64,000 nt of DNA from Trichoplax adhaerens. Lineage: Eukaryota > Animalia > Placozoa. Below the pieces are notes generated by a model, which was given only the letters and a program-made list of their open reading frames with translations, made no database searches and was not told where the DNA came from. This document shows positions 26,101-39,688 of this stretch, in pieces. The stretch is from contig NW_002060949.1 of NCBI RefSeq assembly GCF_000150275.1, positions 2,787,836-2,851,835 on the forward strand, in the 5' to 3' direction. The position numbers were made by a program, and so were the translations under genes. Positions within the stretch are counted from its first letter, which is position 1, and each line of letters starts with the position of its first letter.

Positions 26101-29100
26101 ATATCGAGAATAACTAACCTTATTAGCTGATTTCCATACGCTAGCCTTGTCCTTTGATGTTAATGAACCAATAACGGTGAAGTATTTCTATCATATGATG
26201 AAGAATGGAGTTTAAAAGGACACTACTATATTTAGATCTAATTTCAAAAAGATACCCATATTAGCGGCCATTCTCTACCTGAAAGTAAATTGTCTTCTCA
26301 TCGCTACTGGCGTTATTAAGATTAACACTCTTCGATAATGCCGATAGAGCGTTTTTAGTAGCAATCAAATCACCACTATTAACATTATTATCCGTCTGAA
26401 AAGCACTTTGCAATTTTGTCAAGATTCCCGAAGCATTGTCAACAGACTGAACTTTTCCAGCGTCTACAATCTGAAAATAAGCAATAATCAGTTTGCTATC
26501 ATAAATAATCAATAACGAAATTACTGAAATGCTCTTTCATCGATATCTATCTACGGATAAATATCTATTCGATATAGCATGAAGTAAGGAAGAAGTTATC
26601 CTCTGGCGTCTTCGATATAAAGGGATACCCATAACCAATGATTATATGAATTTAATTTAGATTCAGATTTCTTTCTAGTTATCAGATAATCGAACTGAGA
26701 GATCCATGTCATAAAGAAGTTAAAATCATCACATACATCAGAATAGATGAATTGAAATTTCGCCGATAATTCTGTCTTGTTAATTACCTCTATTAAAAAT
26801 TGGAAATTATTTAAATAAAGCCTTTTTTAGTCATGCTATAAAACACTTCTATAGGTAAAGAAGATCCCAAAATCAAAACCCTTAGAATAGATTATCAATT
26901 TGATCAAGTCAGACGTGCAATATATGCATAAATCCGGAAATTAAATTACATAGCAAAAATTGATAACTTTATAGCAAATTAACACCCATCTCTTAGTGAA
27001 GCAGTCTAAAATCGAATAGCACAGCATGGATTCGTAATTATATAATGTATTAATACCCCCTTTATAGGTGATTAGTATCTAAAGACTAAATTCTCTTGCC
27101 TAGACTATCGATACTACTGTCTATTAAGAATTAATTTTAGAACCGTTTTATAGGCAAAAAGATTCAAAGCTAATTTCCACACCAATGAGTATCGGTACTA
27201 TTTTTAAATTATACGCGCACATTTATTGTTATCCGATGAATATCAAAAATCTATTTCACTGCATACCTGTAGTAGAAGTAAACGCTGTTGTACTTATTTC
27301 TGTCTGGATAGTGTTAACGGTCGTATACTGCGGCGGTGTCGTTGCTTTAGGCATCGAAGATGTTGCTTCTATGTTAAGATTTAAAGGATAGAAGTATTTC
27401 GATATACGTATAATAACATATTTCAAGTTAGTAGTTATACCCAATAGAAGATGGTGATAATTCTACGTAGAATTAATAGAAAAAATCACTACTAGTATTA
27501 TATCACTCTACTTTTTTTGGATAAGCAATTAATCATTTCGAGTTAGACGTTATAGTTTACAGAGCTTTATCGTAATCTTATTTATGGTTTTGCTAATAAC
27601 ATCGTCAGTGGTAATATATTATGCTACTTTCAGATAAATGACAACTCACTTGGAGCTAACAGCTGTAATTTTTACTTATTGTCAAGGAACATCGCCAGTA
27701 GAGATATACCGATGCATTTTTTTAAATGATAGATAATTCATTTGGAGCAAATATAGCTGTGGCGTGCTAAGTATTATCAAAATTCTATATTATACCCCAC
27801 TTATGACTTACTATATTTGATCCTGATATAACTTATTCAATAATAGTATCATGCTACTGGGAAACCTTGTAGTATGCTAAGTATTACCAAAATCTATGTT
27901 ATATCGCTATTAATTTATTTTATATCTTATTCACATTTATGATTTACTACATTTGATCCTGATATAATTTATCCAATAGTAACGTCATACATACCACTGG
28001 GAGACCTTACCACATGTTAAGAAGTATTATCAAAATTCTATATTATCTCGCTGTTAATCTATTTTATATCCTATTCGTATTTATGATTTACTACATTTGA
28101 TACTGATATAACTTATTCAATAGCAATATCATATTCCTGGGGGATTTTATTTACTACCACTGTGGCTTATACTTTAGAGGAAGAAATAACTAAGTACAAC
28201 TTTTAATTCCAGTTCGTCTCCATTGTGACTTACTGAAAGTACTAGAGGTAGGACTTTCAGGTTTTAATGAAGGAGTGTTAGAAGGCTGACGAGGGGTAGC
28301 TTTAATTTCAGGTCTAGTTGCTAGCGTACCTCCTTCAAATGCATTTACGGATATTATAGGTAACATGAGATAGATCATTTGCATCATTTCTTAATATAAA
28401 AAAGGAATATTAGAATACGAATACGAAAAAACTTACTTGGAGTTTTCTGTGTTACTTTTACAGTCTGGGTAGATGGAATCTGTGTTGGCTGTTCGGTCGT
28501 AATAAGGGGTTGTTTGAATGATGCTGTTGATGTAGTTCGATTTATCGAGTCTGAAATAGTGCCATTAACGTGGTTGAAAGTCGAATATAGAATTACTATT
28601 CACTAAACAACCACTAATAGATCATTTCTCCTACCTGATGTAGAAATGAAATTTTTGCTTGAGGGTATTGGCGTAGTTACTATTGTAGTAGTAGTTGTGA
28701 TTTTCCCTGTAGCTACTTCAGTTTCAGGACTTGATGCTATTGAAATGCGAACTGTGCCTTGTGGTATTATTGTAGGGGTAGTCGCTACTGTCTGTGATAA
28801 TGTTATTCTAGTTGATGGAGCTGTAGTGGTTGGAATACATTGTATACTAATGTTTTCGAAAGGAGTAACACTCGGACACATTGAGATAATGGTCGAACTA
28901 GAGGTCATTTCTTTACCTGTATTAAAGTCATAATTATTGCGATTTAGATCGTCGTATTAGATTATTGAAGGTTAGTAATAACTTGTCCAACAATATAATA
29001 TTTTATATCAAGCTGGAATATATAATACTACTTTACAGTATGCTGTATATGGAATTGCTCCATATATAACAGTGCAGTATAAAGGATTTCATTCAAGATA

Positions 29101-32100
29101 TAAAAGGTCTAATCTTTCATTATGTCAGAAAGAAAAGATTAAAGAAAAACGATGCCTAGAAGAAATATTGCCTTATACTTATGTAGAAGTATTTATATTC
29201 CACGCTAGTACCTTTACTGTTTATTTGCAGACCCAAATGAAATACATTACTTCATCAAACTATTAAAAATGAATTTCATCCAAGGTGTTATTAGGTATAA
29301 TTCCTCATTTTCTGTCCGACAATTAACTAGATCTATTTTCAATTCTATAATTCACTATTCTACTAGTGTTTCCTTCCAAATTATTCAGCTTACTCTACTC
29401 GAGAGTGAAATTGCTAAATTATAACTTAAGACAAATTACTAGACTGTCTATCTTCATTTTCATATCTAGTCATCAATGTGATCTATTTCCTGTTATATGC
29501 ACTACTTCATTTGCTAGTTTATTCAACTTGATACATTCAAGGATAGATTGTCAAAATGGTATGCAATATAAAACAAAAGAGAGGTTGCTGATCTGAACTA
29601 CTACGAGTAATTAATAATATTAATTTTAGAATCAGAGCCTAAATAGAAATAGATTTAAATTATGATTTACCTACTGGTCACGAAATATATTAAAGCGTAT
29701 AACTGCAATTAATGAGTCTCAATAACTTACTTGGATTGATAATGAAATTAGTAGGAATTGTTAATGAAGATAGTGCTGTTATTAGTATAGGAGAAAATTG
29801 GTTTATTGAAGAGTGTTCCTCTAGATTTATCTGCATTGTAACACTTCTGTCCATATCAGCAGATGAAATAAATAAATTTAAGCTTGATAGAGCCTCTACA
29901 GAATTGACCATAGATGAAACTTGATCTTGATCTACATGTATTGAATATAAATACAGCAAAAAGTAGGCAATAAGCTGTAGAATTTATATTCGTATTTAAT
30001 TATTTTTTAAATGGTAATTACAGCTCAAAGACTATTTTGAAATATTCATTTTTAAAGCTAATCCTGTAGAACAAGAGCTAGACTTACTCAAAGCAGTCGT
30101 AGTAACTGGCTTCTCGGTTAGTACTTGAAGTTGGTTTGATGGAACTGTTGATATTGAATAGTGTAGATTATTTCCTGAAGACATTTCATGATTAGAACCA
30201 ATCATAGAGTTGGAAATCAAACTATTTGTTGTCATCTTGTCACCTATAAATAAAACCAAATTAATCAACAATCGGGAAATATAATACATGAAAGAATTAG
30301 AACGTCCTGGAAAGTATCGATTAAAATTAAGCGTGTTAAGTATAGTAATTCTAAATAGAACGATATCGGCTATTATGTGAACTTATTATACGCATTTTAG
30401 CGTTCAGAGACATTAGCGTATTCTAGATTACGCCTAAACCTTTAAGTTTCAGTTAGTACTTATAACAAATCTACAATCTGCTATAATGCTATACTTACTT
30501 GATTGTATCATTGACAGAAATACAGCTTCAGTATCACTTGTAATCACTTCAGCTACAGCAAATAATACATTATATGGAATGAATAAATAAGTTGAAGTAT
30601 ACCTGTATATTTTAAAATTTTAATCATAATTTTATCCGATTGTGACTATACAATGTGTATAAAGGATAATATCACTTACATGTTGTAGAAGCAGACAATG
30701 CAGGAGTAGCAGTAATAGAAATGTCTAGATTTGGACCTAGAGTTAATGCTGAATTGTAGAAAATGATATTGGGATATAATATGCTTTTATAACATGTTAT
30801 AGCAGTGTGGATATTACAAGTTTGACCTATATTAATGTGATAACTATAGCAACTGTCGACCTATTGATGATAACCTTTATATTATAGAATTCAAGAGTAT
30901 TAAATATTATCAATTAAAGGAGAATTTAAAGATTGCCTTACCGTTATTAGAAGATGCTAAGCCATTTGAAAATAGGATCGTTGATTCTGTTTGCACTTTG
31001 GTCCCTACTTTACGCAATTACAGATGTAGTATTTAATTCTAAATACGGTATAGTCTATTTTTAGTAAAAGTATTAGTTTTCACTAGGCTGTAGCATACGA
31101 GTAACTCTAAGACCGTAACATAACTCTAAATATGTATTGTCTATATTTAACAATTTACTCTGTGGAAATACCTTGTACTCTAGCTAAATTATACCGTAGC
31201 ACTAGCTCAACACAGAAGTAACCTACTTTTATGAATCATTCACGCTTATAAATAATTTCCTCCTACTGTGCTCTTAAAATTATAAAAACTATTTTCTTTC
31301 GCCTATTTCATTGATTAGTTCTGGTAGTTACACGGTAAGCTTGCACGCTCTACCTATTCTACACTGCTATAATCATTCGACTGGTCACGTCGTTACTCGC
31401 TCAATAATCTTACACGATCATTCTCTTACACTAGCTCAATGAAGGTTACTCTTCCATTAACTATTCTATTGTACTTTATTACCACTAATGCCGAACTCTT
31501 AACCTTCCAAAATATCACACAGTACAGTTAACAAATTACGATATCCGTTCGATGAGAATTTTATAACAAGTCTACTGATTTAAGTAAATTATGAAAGTTA
31601 TCTTAGTTGATTTGGTAGACGACGATGTAAATGATTGTGCTACTGAAGTAGACTGAAATTTTCTTTACGTTCTATTTTAACTTTTAAGTTCAAGCATTAT
31701 ACCTGGAATATATGATTCTGTTGTAATTAATTTTGTGATTGCTTGTTCTTCGTTACCAGTAGAAATAATTGTGTATGAATTAAAAGTAGAAGTAATCGCC
31801 ATTGTCCTGTGATCAGAACTTAATTCTATAGATGAAGTTCCAATGGGATAATCAGTGAATTTTGACGATGTTGTCGGATTAATTTCTACTAGATCACTAG
31901 ATGATTGGGCTAAATGAAAAGAAAACTTGAAATCATCAATTTTACTATCTAAAGCCCATACTTTAAGGTTGGCTTTAGGTAATGCCAAAACTATCTCTTT
32001 ATTTATTATTTTACAATCTATGGAGGTAAGGACCAACCTGATGAAGTCAGGAAAGTTGAGGAAATGTAAATTTGTGTTGTTGTTGCAACTGCATCTGTTC

Positions 32101-35100
32101 ATTCAAATCATAAAGAAAAAATATTTCATTCGTTAGCTATTAAGGTGTCACTTGCATAATTCTGTCGTAAAAAAATTGAGAAATATTGCAACTTATCTAC
32201 GTATTTGTCAGTATGACAGCAAATTTGTGGAGTTGCTTAATAGTATTATTATCGTTTACTTGTAATATGACCCGGATTGCTGATCTACATCAGCTCCATT
32301 TTATTACCTTTTTGACATATATATCGATATGCTCGATTACATCGTCGATCATACCATTTCCAACGACCATTTTTATTCGAGAGAACGATACAAGGTCCTT
32401 CATGATTAGGTTCAGTAGCATACCAGTTACTATAATTTAGGTTCAGTAGTTGAGTATTATCTGCAATCCATTGGTAATGATCGCGATTATTATCATTAAT
32501 AGGGTTAAATAACCCAATCCAATAATCACTCCACCATCTTAAGATAGAGGTTACTGCATTTTCTTTGCCTACTGTTTTAATGGAGACTAATTGGGCACTA
32601 TAAGTATGACATTTATCTATAGCATCGTCATAGCTCTTAAAGTTATTGTATTTCCTAATACAAGTATTTTCATAAAGTTTCCACCCGCTAGGGCAAGAAT
32701 AGCTGACAATATCTAAAAAATTTAATATAGAAATAGGATTAGTTACCGTCAAAAGATGAATATTATTAAAAGATCTGAGTTCGACTTAAGTATAGCACAT
32801 CATTAGCTCACCTCGAGCTTGAAGAGATAGAATAAGAGAATTCAACTGGCACAGCTATATAGAATTAAAAATGATTCATTACAAATTTTACCTACTTTTT
32901 AATTTTATAATATAGACTAAAAGTGAATATTAAATTTTTATCTATAAATTTTTAATGGCCTTGAATATTTTCAAGAATTGATCCCAAGGTATCTAACAAT
33001 ATTCAGTACAGAACTTTGATGTAATATCGCATTGTAACAAATCAACAAATTGAAAGTATGCCAAGGCATTATTGCCGAAAATGAATTATCAATTTTAAAT
33101 TCAACTTTTCAATTATACTACTTTGAAGTAGAACAGTCCCATATTAGTCAGTATTTTCATCACAAAGAAAATATAAAAGTTCCTATTTTAACTCGAGAGA
33201 GGGAGATAAGTCTATTGTCGGTAAATGCACAACAATATGCTCTTTAGATTAAGCTATTTTAATTATAGTGCAATATATATATATGGAAAGAGCAAATAGA
33301 CTTATTATTCTGAAATTTCAGATATTTTGTTCTACATTGATGCTGATTTACGTTATACTCTCTCATATAAGCTAATAATATCACCTTTAAAAATGCTAAA
33401 GTATCCGCTGTAACTTAATGAAAGAGGAATGAGTCAACTCTCAATAAATGTCATAGCATGATATAGGGTAAAGCATACATAAATAAGTTATGATATATAA
33501 CAGAAATTATACGAATTCAATAATCGAGAATACTATATAATTTAATACTCTATATAACCGAGGGGATCAGTATGGTATGATATTAACTCTTAAATTTATC
33601 GAGTTTTGATTCTAAATTGTACTTATGGATGTACAATTTTGTCTAATTAGTCTTTATCATCATATTAAAAAATATGGATTTGGTTAAAACTTGATCAAAG
33701 AATGGCTTTTAACTGCTACCATCATAATACACGGATTTGTTTAAATTAGGCACAAATTATAAATATAGTTTATCATTTAAATCAAGCTATTTCAATTGCT
33801 TTATAACACTGTATACTTACGATCATATTAAGTGTCGTGATCTATAAACACTTAATCTTAGGTGAATATCATATCGTAGCTAAAGTTAAGACGAATAGAA
33901 ATTTATCTTCTGAAGCTCCTTTAAAAATTTTACGGTAACCAATTACTAAATTATGTATATAACTTGCGCCATAAATTTGTATTAATTTCACCATAGCGCT
34001 AAAAATGAGTATTACGATTTTGGATAATGACTGGAAATTCGAGACAAAAATTATACTAATTTTAAGAATCATGTACGTTTCAATAAAATGTAGAATCAAT
34101 TTTTTATTTAAAAATAATCAGTCAATAAATGAGTCAATCGATCAAAATTAAGATATCGGCGATAACCAGTCATACTGCTATAGTAAAGTTCTCAGTTAGC
34201 AACGAATTGCTCTATTTGAAACGACTATCGATCACTAGAGGATTGTACCATTCTATATTTTGATTAGTTTCATAAGTTACATACCGATATGCTAGTAAAA
34301 CGAAAAATACAGCGAACAATTTTAGCTTATTGACATAATAATTTCATTATTGGTAATAACTAATGAGATTATATACTGTAATCGGCATAGGACTACTTAA
34401 TTTTAGCAATATACGAATACAATGAATAAACCAGATGTCGGATTTACATCTGGAATTATATTATTTAAAAAATNGTTGATTAATTTACTGGGATATTNNN
34501 NNNNNNNNNNNNNNNNNNNNNNNNNNNNNNNNNNNNNNNNNNNNNNNTAATCCAAATTTCTAATTATCAATTCTGGATAATCAATTAGCAGTTGTATAAA
34601 GAATTAAACATTAAATCTTCACGTCGTTGTATTCTATACTAGCTGGAACTAATGTGATTGCCTTGCGATCCAATTAAAAAACGATACCCTAATTTTAGTT
34701 CCACATAAATTTAGTATAGTCTTGACTTTAGATCACTTTTTAGGAACATTAATCATTTCACGAGATAATATAAGGCGAAAAATGAAGAAAAAATTTTAAA
34801 ATGCTCGAAATCGAATCGGACTGCAAGTACAACAATGTATTTATAAAAAGTATAATAAGCCCTATATATTCAAACTATGAATAAACGATAAAATTTCCGC
34901 ACCTATTACTATCGATCACTTAAAGTTCCTTCTTTATGTTTAATTCGTTTTCTATTTCTATTTTTCAAGGCTATTAAAGGCTACAGCCTTGTTGATAAGT
35001 AAAGCTGAATGCTTAGCTTTCGCTCGCAGTAGGTATGGATGAAAAATGTAGCGATTTCTACTATCAGTAAGTGGATAAATCTTCGCTACATACTAAAATG

Positions 35101-36170
35101 TTCTATAGTAAAACGATAGTAGTAATAGCAAAGTAGAGTAAATTAAATATAAACCATGCCCATCTATACCAATTAGAATTATTACTATATCGTTATTTCA
35201 CTATAAATAAGTTTTTATAAGATGAATTGGTGATGTCGATATCGATACAGAAAGTCCATAACTAAGATAACATTCAGGCGTGGTTAAATTATTTCCAAAA
35301 ATATTAATAAGTCAAAATTTTGCCTTAACCTTGATAATTCATGCACTAAATATGTTCTTCAAACAAATAGAAAAATCTATTTAGTTTACGTTTTTTAAAC
35401 GATTGAGATAGTTATTAACTCTAAACATTTGATTCTACACATTTGAGAGTGAGTAAAAATTTTTAAGTTAAAGGAAAAAAAAGAATGATTTACTTATTCA
35501 TCTAGATATCTATAATCTTTAACAGACTTTTATCCAGGTTTTGACTTGCTTCTGTTACACGGACAAAGACAAAAGTAATATTTTTTTAATGATTGAGTTA
35601 CAGGTATTCAAATTTAAATGCATTCTGATTTTATCAGTTTCAAAGTATAAAATCTTCATGGTGACTCTATCATTTGCTCATTAAATATTTGAGCAGATCT
35701 TTTAGCAAAATTAATAAGCATTTTTTTAACATAAATAACATATTGTTATGAATGCTTATAAGAGTTTAGTTTAATAACTGACAATGTTATGAATAAAGCT
35801 GCGGATAGGATGATAACATTGGTTGTCAAGCTAAGAGGTTAAAGAAAGAAAATTTCGTACGAAGTGGTGCGATAATCGCAATACTTTAAAGTTTTTCAAA
35901 CGGATATATGACTTATAATTAACGCAATCTATCGTAATCATTTTCCAGTGCATGTTGAGGTGTAATGCGTAACTTAGCACGATAGATTTAGGGCATATTG
36001 AAATATAAAATACCGACATAAAAAACTCAACACTGCTTGAGAGGAATACTTAATGTAGTGTAATGAGCAGTAAAATTCATGGTACCGAAGCGGTACCTAC
36101 AAAAGGATGACATAATTAATCCTAATAAAATATGACTTACCAGTATTAAAATAACGTATACGACTTTCAT
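20178..36170 (-). CDS. Adhesion GPCR 2 (paralogue of aGPCR1): signal peptide, EPN-type C-type lectin, Ser/Thr stalk, GAIN/GPS, 7TM; appears complete
   Basis: Exon 1 36141-36170 is [10 protein letters not shown], followed by ~32812-32854 [14 protein letters not shown]. The CTL exon 32308-32712 reads [29 protein letters not shown]. Stalk exons lie at ~26737-32094 and GAIN at ~24562-26470. The GPS ~23910-24021 reads [24 protein letters not shown] exons include [37 protein letters not shown] and [19 protein letters not shown]. The last exon ends ..ILNQPTD with TAG at 20178-20180. Confidence 0.93.
27766..28143. repeat. Intronic tandem repeat, 3 diverged copies of ~110-145 bp
   Basis: 'aagtatta(t/c)caaaa..ttatga.ttacta.atttgat.ctgatataa.ttat.caata..ctggg' starts at ~27766, ~27876 and ~28021. 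Confidence 0.85.
34498..34547. other. Assembly gap (50 N) in aGPCR2 intron 1
   Basis: Run of N, plus a single N at 34474. Confidence 1.
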
Positions 36171-39100
36171 CTTTAGCATAAATTTGGATTGGTGCTACTA
36201 TATCTTGGAATGACGTTGAATCATCAAAATTACGGAAATGGTTCAGTTATAAGTATTTTTTTTAATTTTGTCGGTAGTTCGCTCTTGATATGAGAAAAAA
36301 ATTGCTATGATATTCCTTTAGCATAACTAGCGAACAATGATGTTATCACATTCGATACTATTCACCTTAAAGCTGTAATGATTAACTAGTATATTACCGT
36401 GATTATCGTGACAAGGTGACATAGTAGCATCCAGGTGTTATTCTGATTATTTTGAGTTCCTCATTAAGTATGTTATTAATAACAATAGTTTATTAAGGAG
36501 TCACTTGTATGAATTAATTCGTTGATTGATGCATTCATAAAACTTCTTTCTAGAATTCCATAGAAAATATCATATTACAAACAGTTAATACTTTGAAGGT
36601 AAGATTTTAGGCGATTGTCAATCACATTAAAATTTTATTATTTAATTATATGCTAGAAAATCTGCACGATGAGATGGTTACAGTAAACAATTGTATTTAG
36701 ACAACTATTAGATTATATAAAAAGTTATTGAAGAAAGGATAATAAAAAAGTAATTATAGAAGCCTGTAAATGTCGAATTATTCAAGCGTTCAAAGGCAAT
36801 TATAATTTATTTAATATTTATATTGATTGTTAAATACTTCAATGTTATTAGTAAACAAAAATTGTAAATAAAATTTGTAAAGTCTCTTTGTCGTTTTCAA
36901 TTAATTAATTAATAAAATGAAAGTTATTTTTGGAAAAAGACGATAAGATAAGGCCGGTCATATCCATTATCAAAATTAGATTAATTAAAAAGTCAAGAGC
37001 TATTACAATGGAAGAGAAGAAAAGCGCCTAGGTGAGTTAATACGTAGATAGTATTAACACTATTTGTTCAATCAGTAAATGACTTTATAAAATCAGAATG
37101 TTATCTATTTATTGAAGTAGAGAATAGCCCTCATATTTGTAATGATATCACTGATTATCTCTAACAATTTATTCATAAATTAACCGGATGAATTACTGTT
37201 TTATTTTATTTTATAATCAAATTACTTGTAAACACAATTTAGCACTAAATCTGAATAGATTCTGTTGATAATTGTAGTACGAGTATGTAGAGAAAAAGAT
37301 GTGACGTATATTTTTAACTGGTTAACCATCATTTTCTGGCTTATGAAAAATAATATTCACTTGAGAATAAAGAGCAAATTATTGAATCTTGATAAAATAT
37401 ATCTCAATGACTCTATATCAAGGCATCGTCTCTGAAAATAATGATAAAGTATTTTAGAAAGTATTTATGATTAGTTTTCGCTTTCCTTTCAGATACGTAC
37501 TAATATTAATACTTCGGCCATTCATATCATCATAATTTAATAATTGTTGATTTTGATTACTGCATAATATATGTAAACGCCGATTTCAATTCATCACAAG
37601 TCATTCTCGTAAATACTGCATCTATATAATCCTGTAATAAGTGCGTCTCACAATAACTAGCTTAGTCAAATTGTATTTTCGAAAAGGCCTTTATTACAAG
37701 GTATTAGAAATAGTAGAGCAATAATTAATTACTACAAGAATTTAGTCTAAAATCTAAAGTATTCCGAGCTCAAAGCGAAGTGAAGTCTCTTCTCCTCTGT
37801 GAGCTCATCTCTGCAGTTCTTATAAACATTTCATTAAATCCATTTATGACAACTTGATTCATCTACAATCAGATATGAGTCATCAAACAAAATACTTTTC
37901 TCTAATGGTACATCATTATTTTCTACAATCTAAATTATTCTACTTAAGATGTCCCTACTTTTCGAAGGGCATCTTAACAACTACAGTGTTTCTAGCTACA
38001 TAAATCTTGTACCATAATTAGTCAACTAGCTACTATAAGTCATCAACAATTTCTAATATAGTAGTTAGCAATCATCTAATATTACCTTCACGGTAATATC
38101 TATTCAAAGCAACCTAACTATATCAAATATAGCTATCCGTATAATCAAATACGGGTACATCACTACAAGTCCGTATAAGTTTTGCTTGCATTTTTTGTTT
38201 TTAATGGAGTTGATGTGATCCTAGGCTATCGGTGCCGAATGATAATTTAGCTGATTATTCAAGTAATACAATTTTCTTCTTAAATTTAATCACTTGCTTA
38301 TTGTATTTATAAAATAAAAAACGATGTATCCCAAGCATAAAAGTACTAAATCTCGAATTAATTGTAAGCGTAACGTTTCTATCCTTTGATATTTTTCGCA
38401 ATTATACGAAATTTTCTCTCCTATTATCGCATTAGTACTCTATACAGACAAGAATAATGCATATTAAGTGTCTTGACGGCAAGCGAATAGAAACTTTTCA
38501 GAATCGCACCTATATTTATTTTACACATACATTTTTGGAAAACTATCGCTTAATTTGAAGGAATTACAGCTACTCACTAGTTGCTTTGCTGGGACGTAGT
38601 TAATTATTCTCTTTGCATGTTATCATTAGAAATTTTGACAAAATTTACATATATTAGCATTACTGTACCACTTATTTAGACTGAGCAATATTGTAACTTT
38701 GTCATCTGATTTTCAGCAAGTTTCGAAATGCTTTAAATCGACGTCAAGTTATCGGAAATTTAGATTGTTTAAAGGCAACAGTTGCTAATGCATTACTTCT
38801 TTTTCCTCATAGTAATAGATTGATAGCCAATTAATTAATTAAATGTATTCAATTTGTTGACGTCATAACTTACCTCATAAGCTTAAACTCTTCTAAATCC
38901 TTATCAGAATTAAAAATATTGTGCTGGAGCCAGTAGTATTGTATTTATTTATTGTGATCTACTCATTGGTATAGTCAATCAAGCTAATGTTAAATGAGTA
39001 TTGATGATGAAGCAACTAATATTGCTCCTTATACTGTCTACAACCGGGCATGGCTACTATCAGCACTTTTCGCCCTCTATTCGCTGCTGGAGGATCTAGA

Positions 39101-39688
39101 CAGCAATAAATGTAATCTGTGATGATGCTCATTGAGTCTATAAATGTAAACTATTACGATAATTACGAACACTAAGTCAATAATATTTGTTGATCTTGAA
39201 CTGCTATATAATACTGTTTTGTTCTTTCGTTAAAATGCCATAATTTAATTTTCTTTGGGTCTGGCAGAAAGATGCCTAAACGTAATGACAATATATAGTT
39301 GCCGTAAAAAAGATTACAGTATTTACTTGGTAACAATGTTTAGCCAAAAAATCTCCCTTACCAATTAAACAATCAATTAGTCCATTTATAAATATCCTCA
39401 GTCCCATATGTTCACGTAATTACGCTTTATACTACTGTACGATCATATTTCGAATAATCGATATATCGCATATGAAAACCTCCATATTTTGTTATCGTGA
39501 ATACTTGTCATTGCGACATTTTAATATACTCGTATATATGTATTATGATATTTGTCCTAATACACAAATTTCGATCATATCTTATTAAATAATATTCCTC
39601 GCATTGATAGCACAGTGATAAGCACATATTTTGAATAATATTAACGTTATGTGGTTGTTGTAAAAAGCAAATATGCAATCAAGTCACA

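Noticed and set aside
12980-36170. Functional coupling of POFUT1 with the flanking lectin aGPCRs (a fucose writer/reader system)
   Set aside because: POFUT1 modifies EGF repeats and I see none in either receptor. Adjacency alone is not evidence in a eukaryotic genome.
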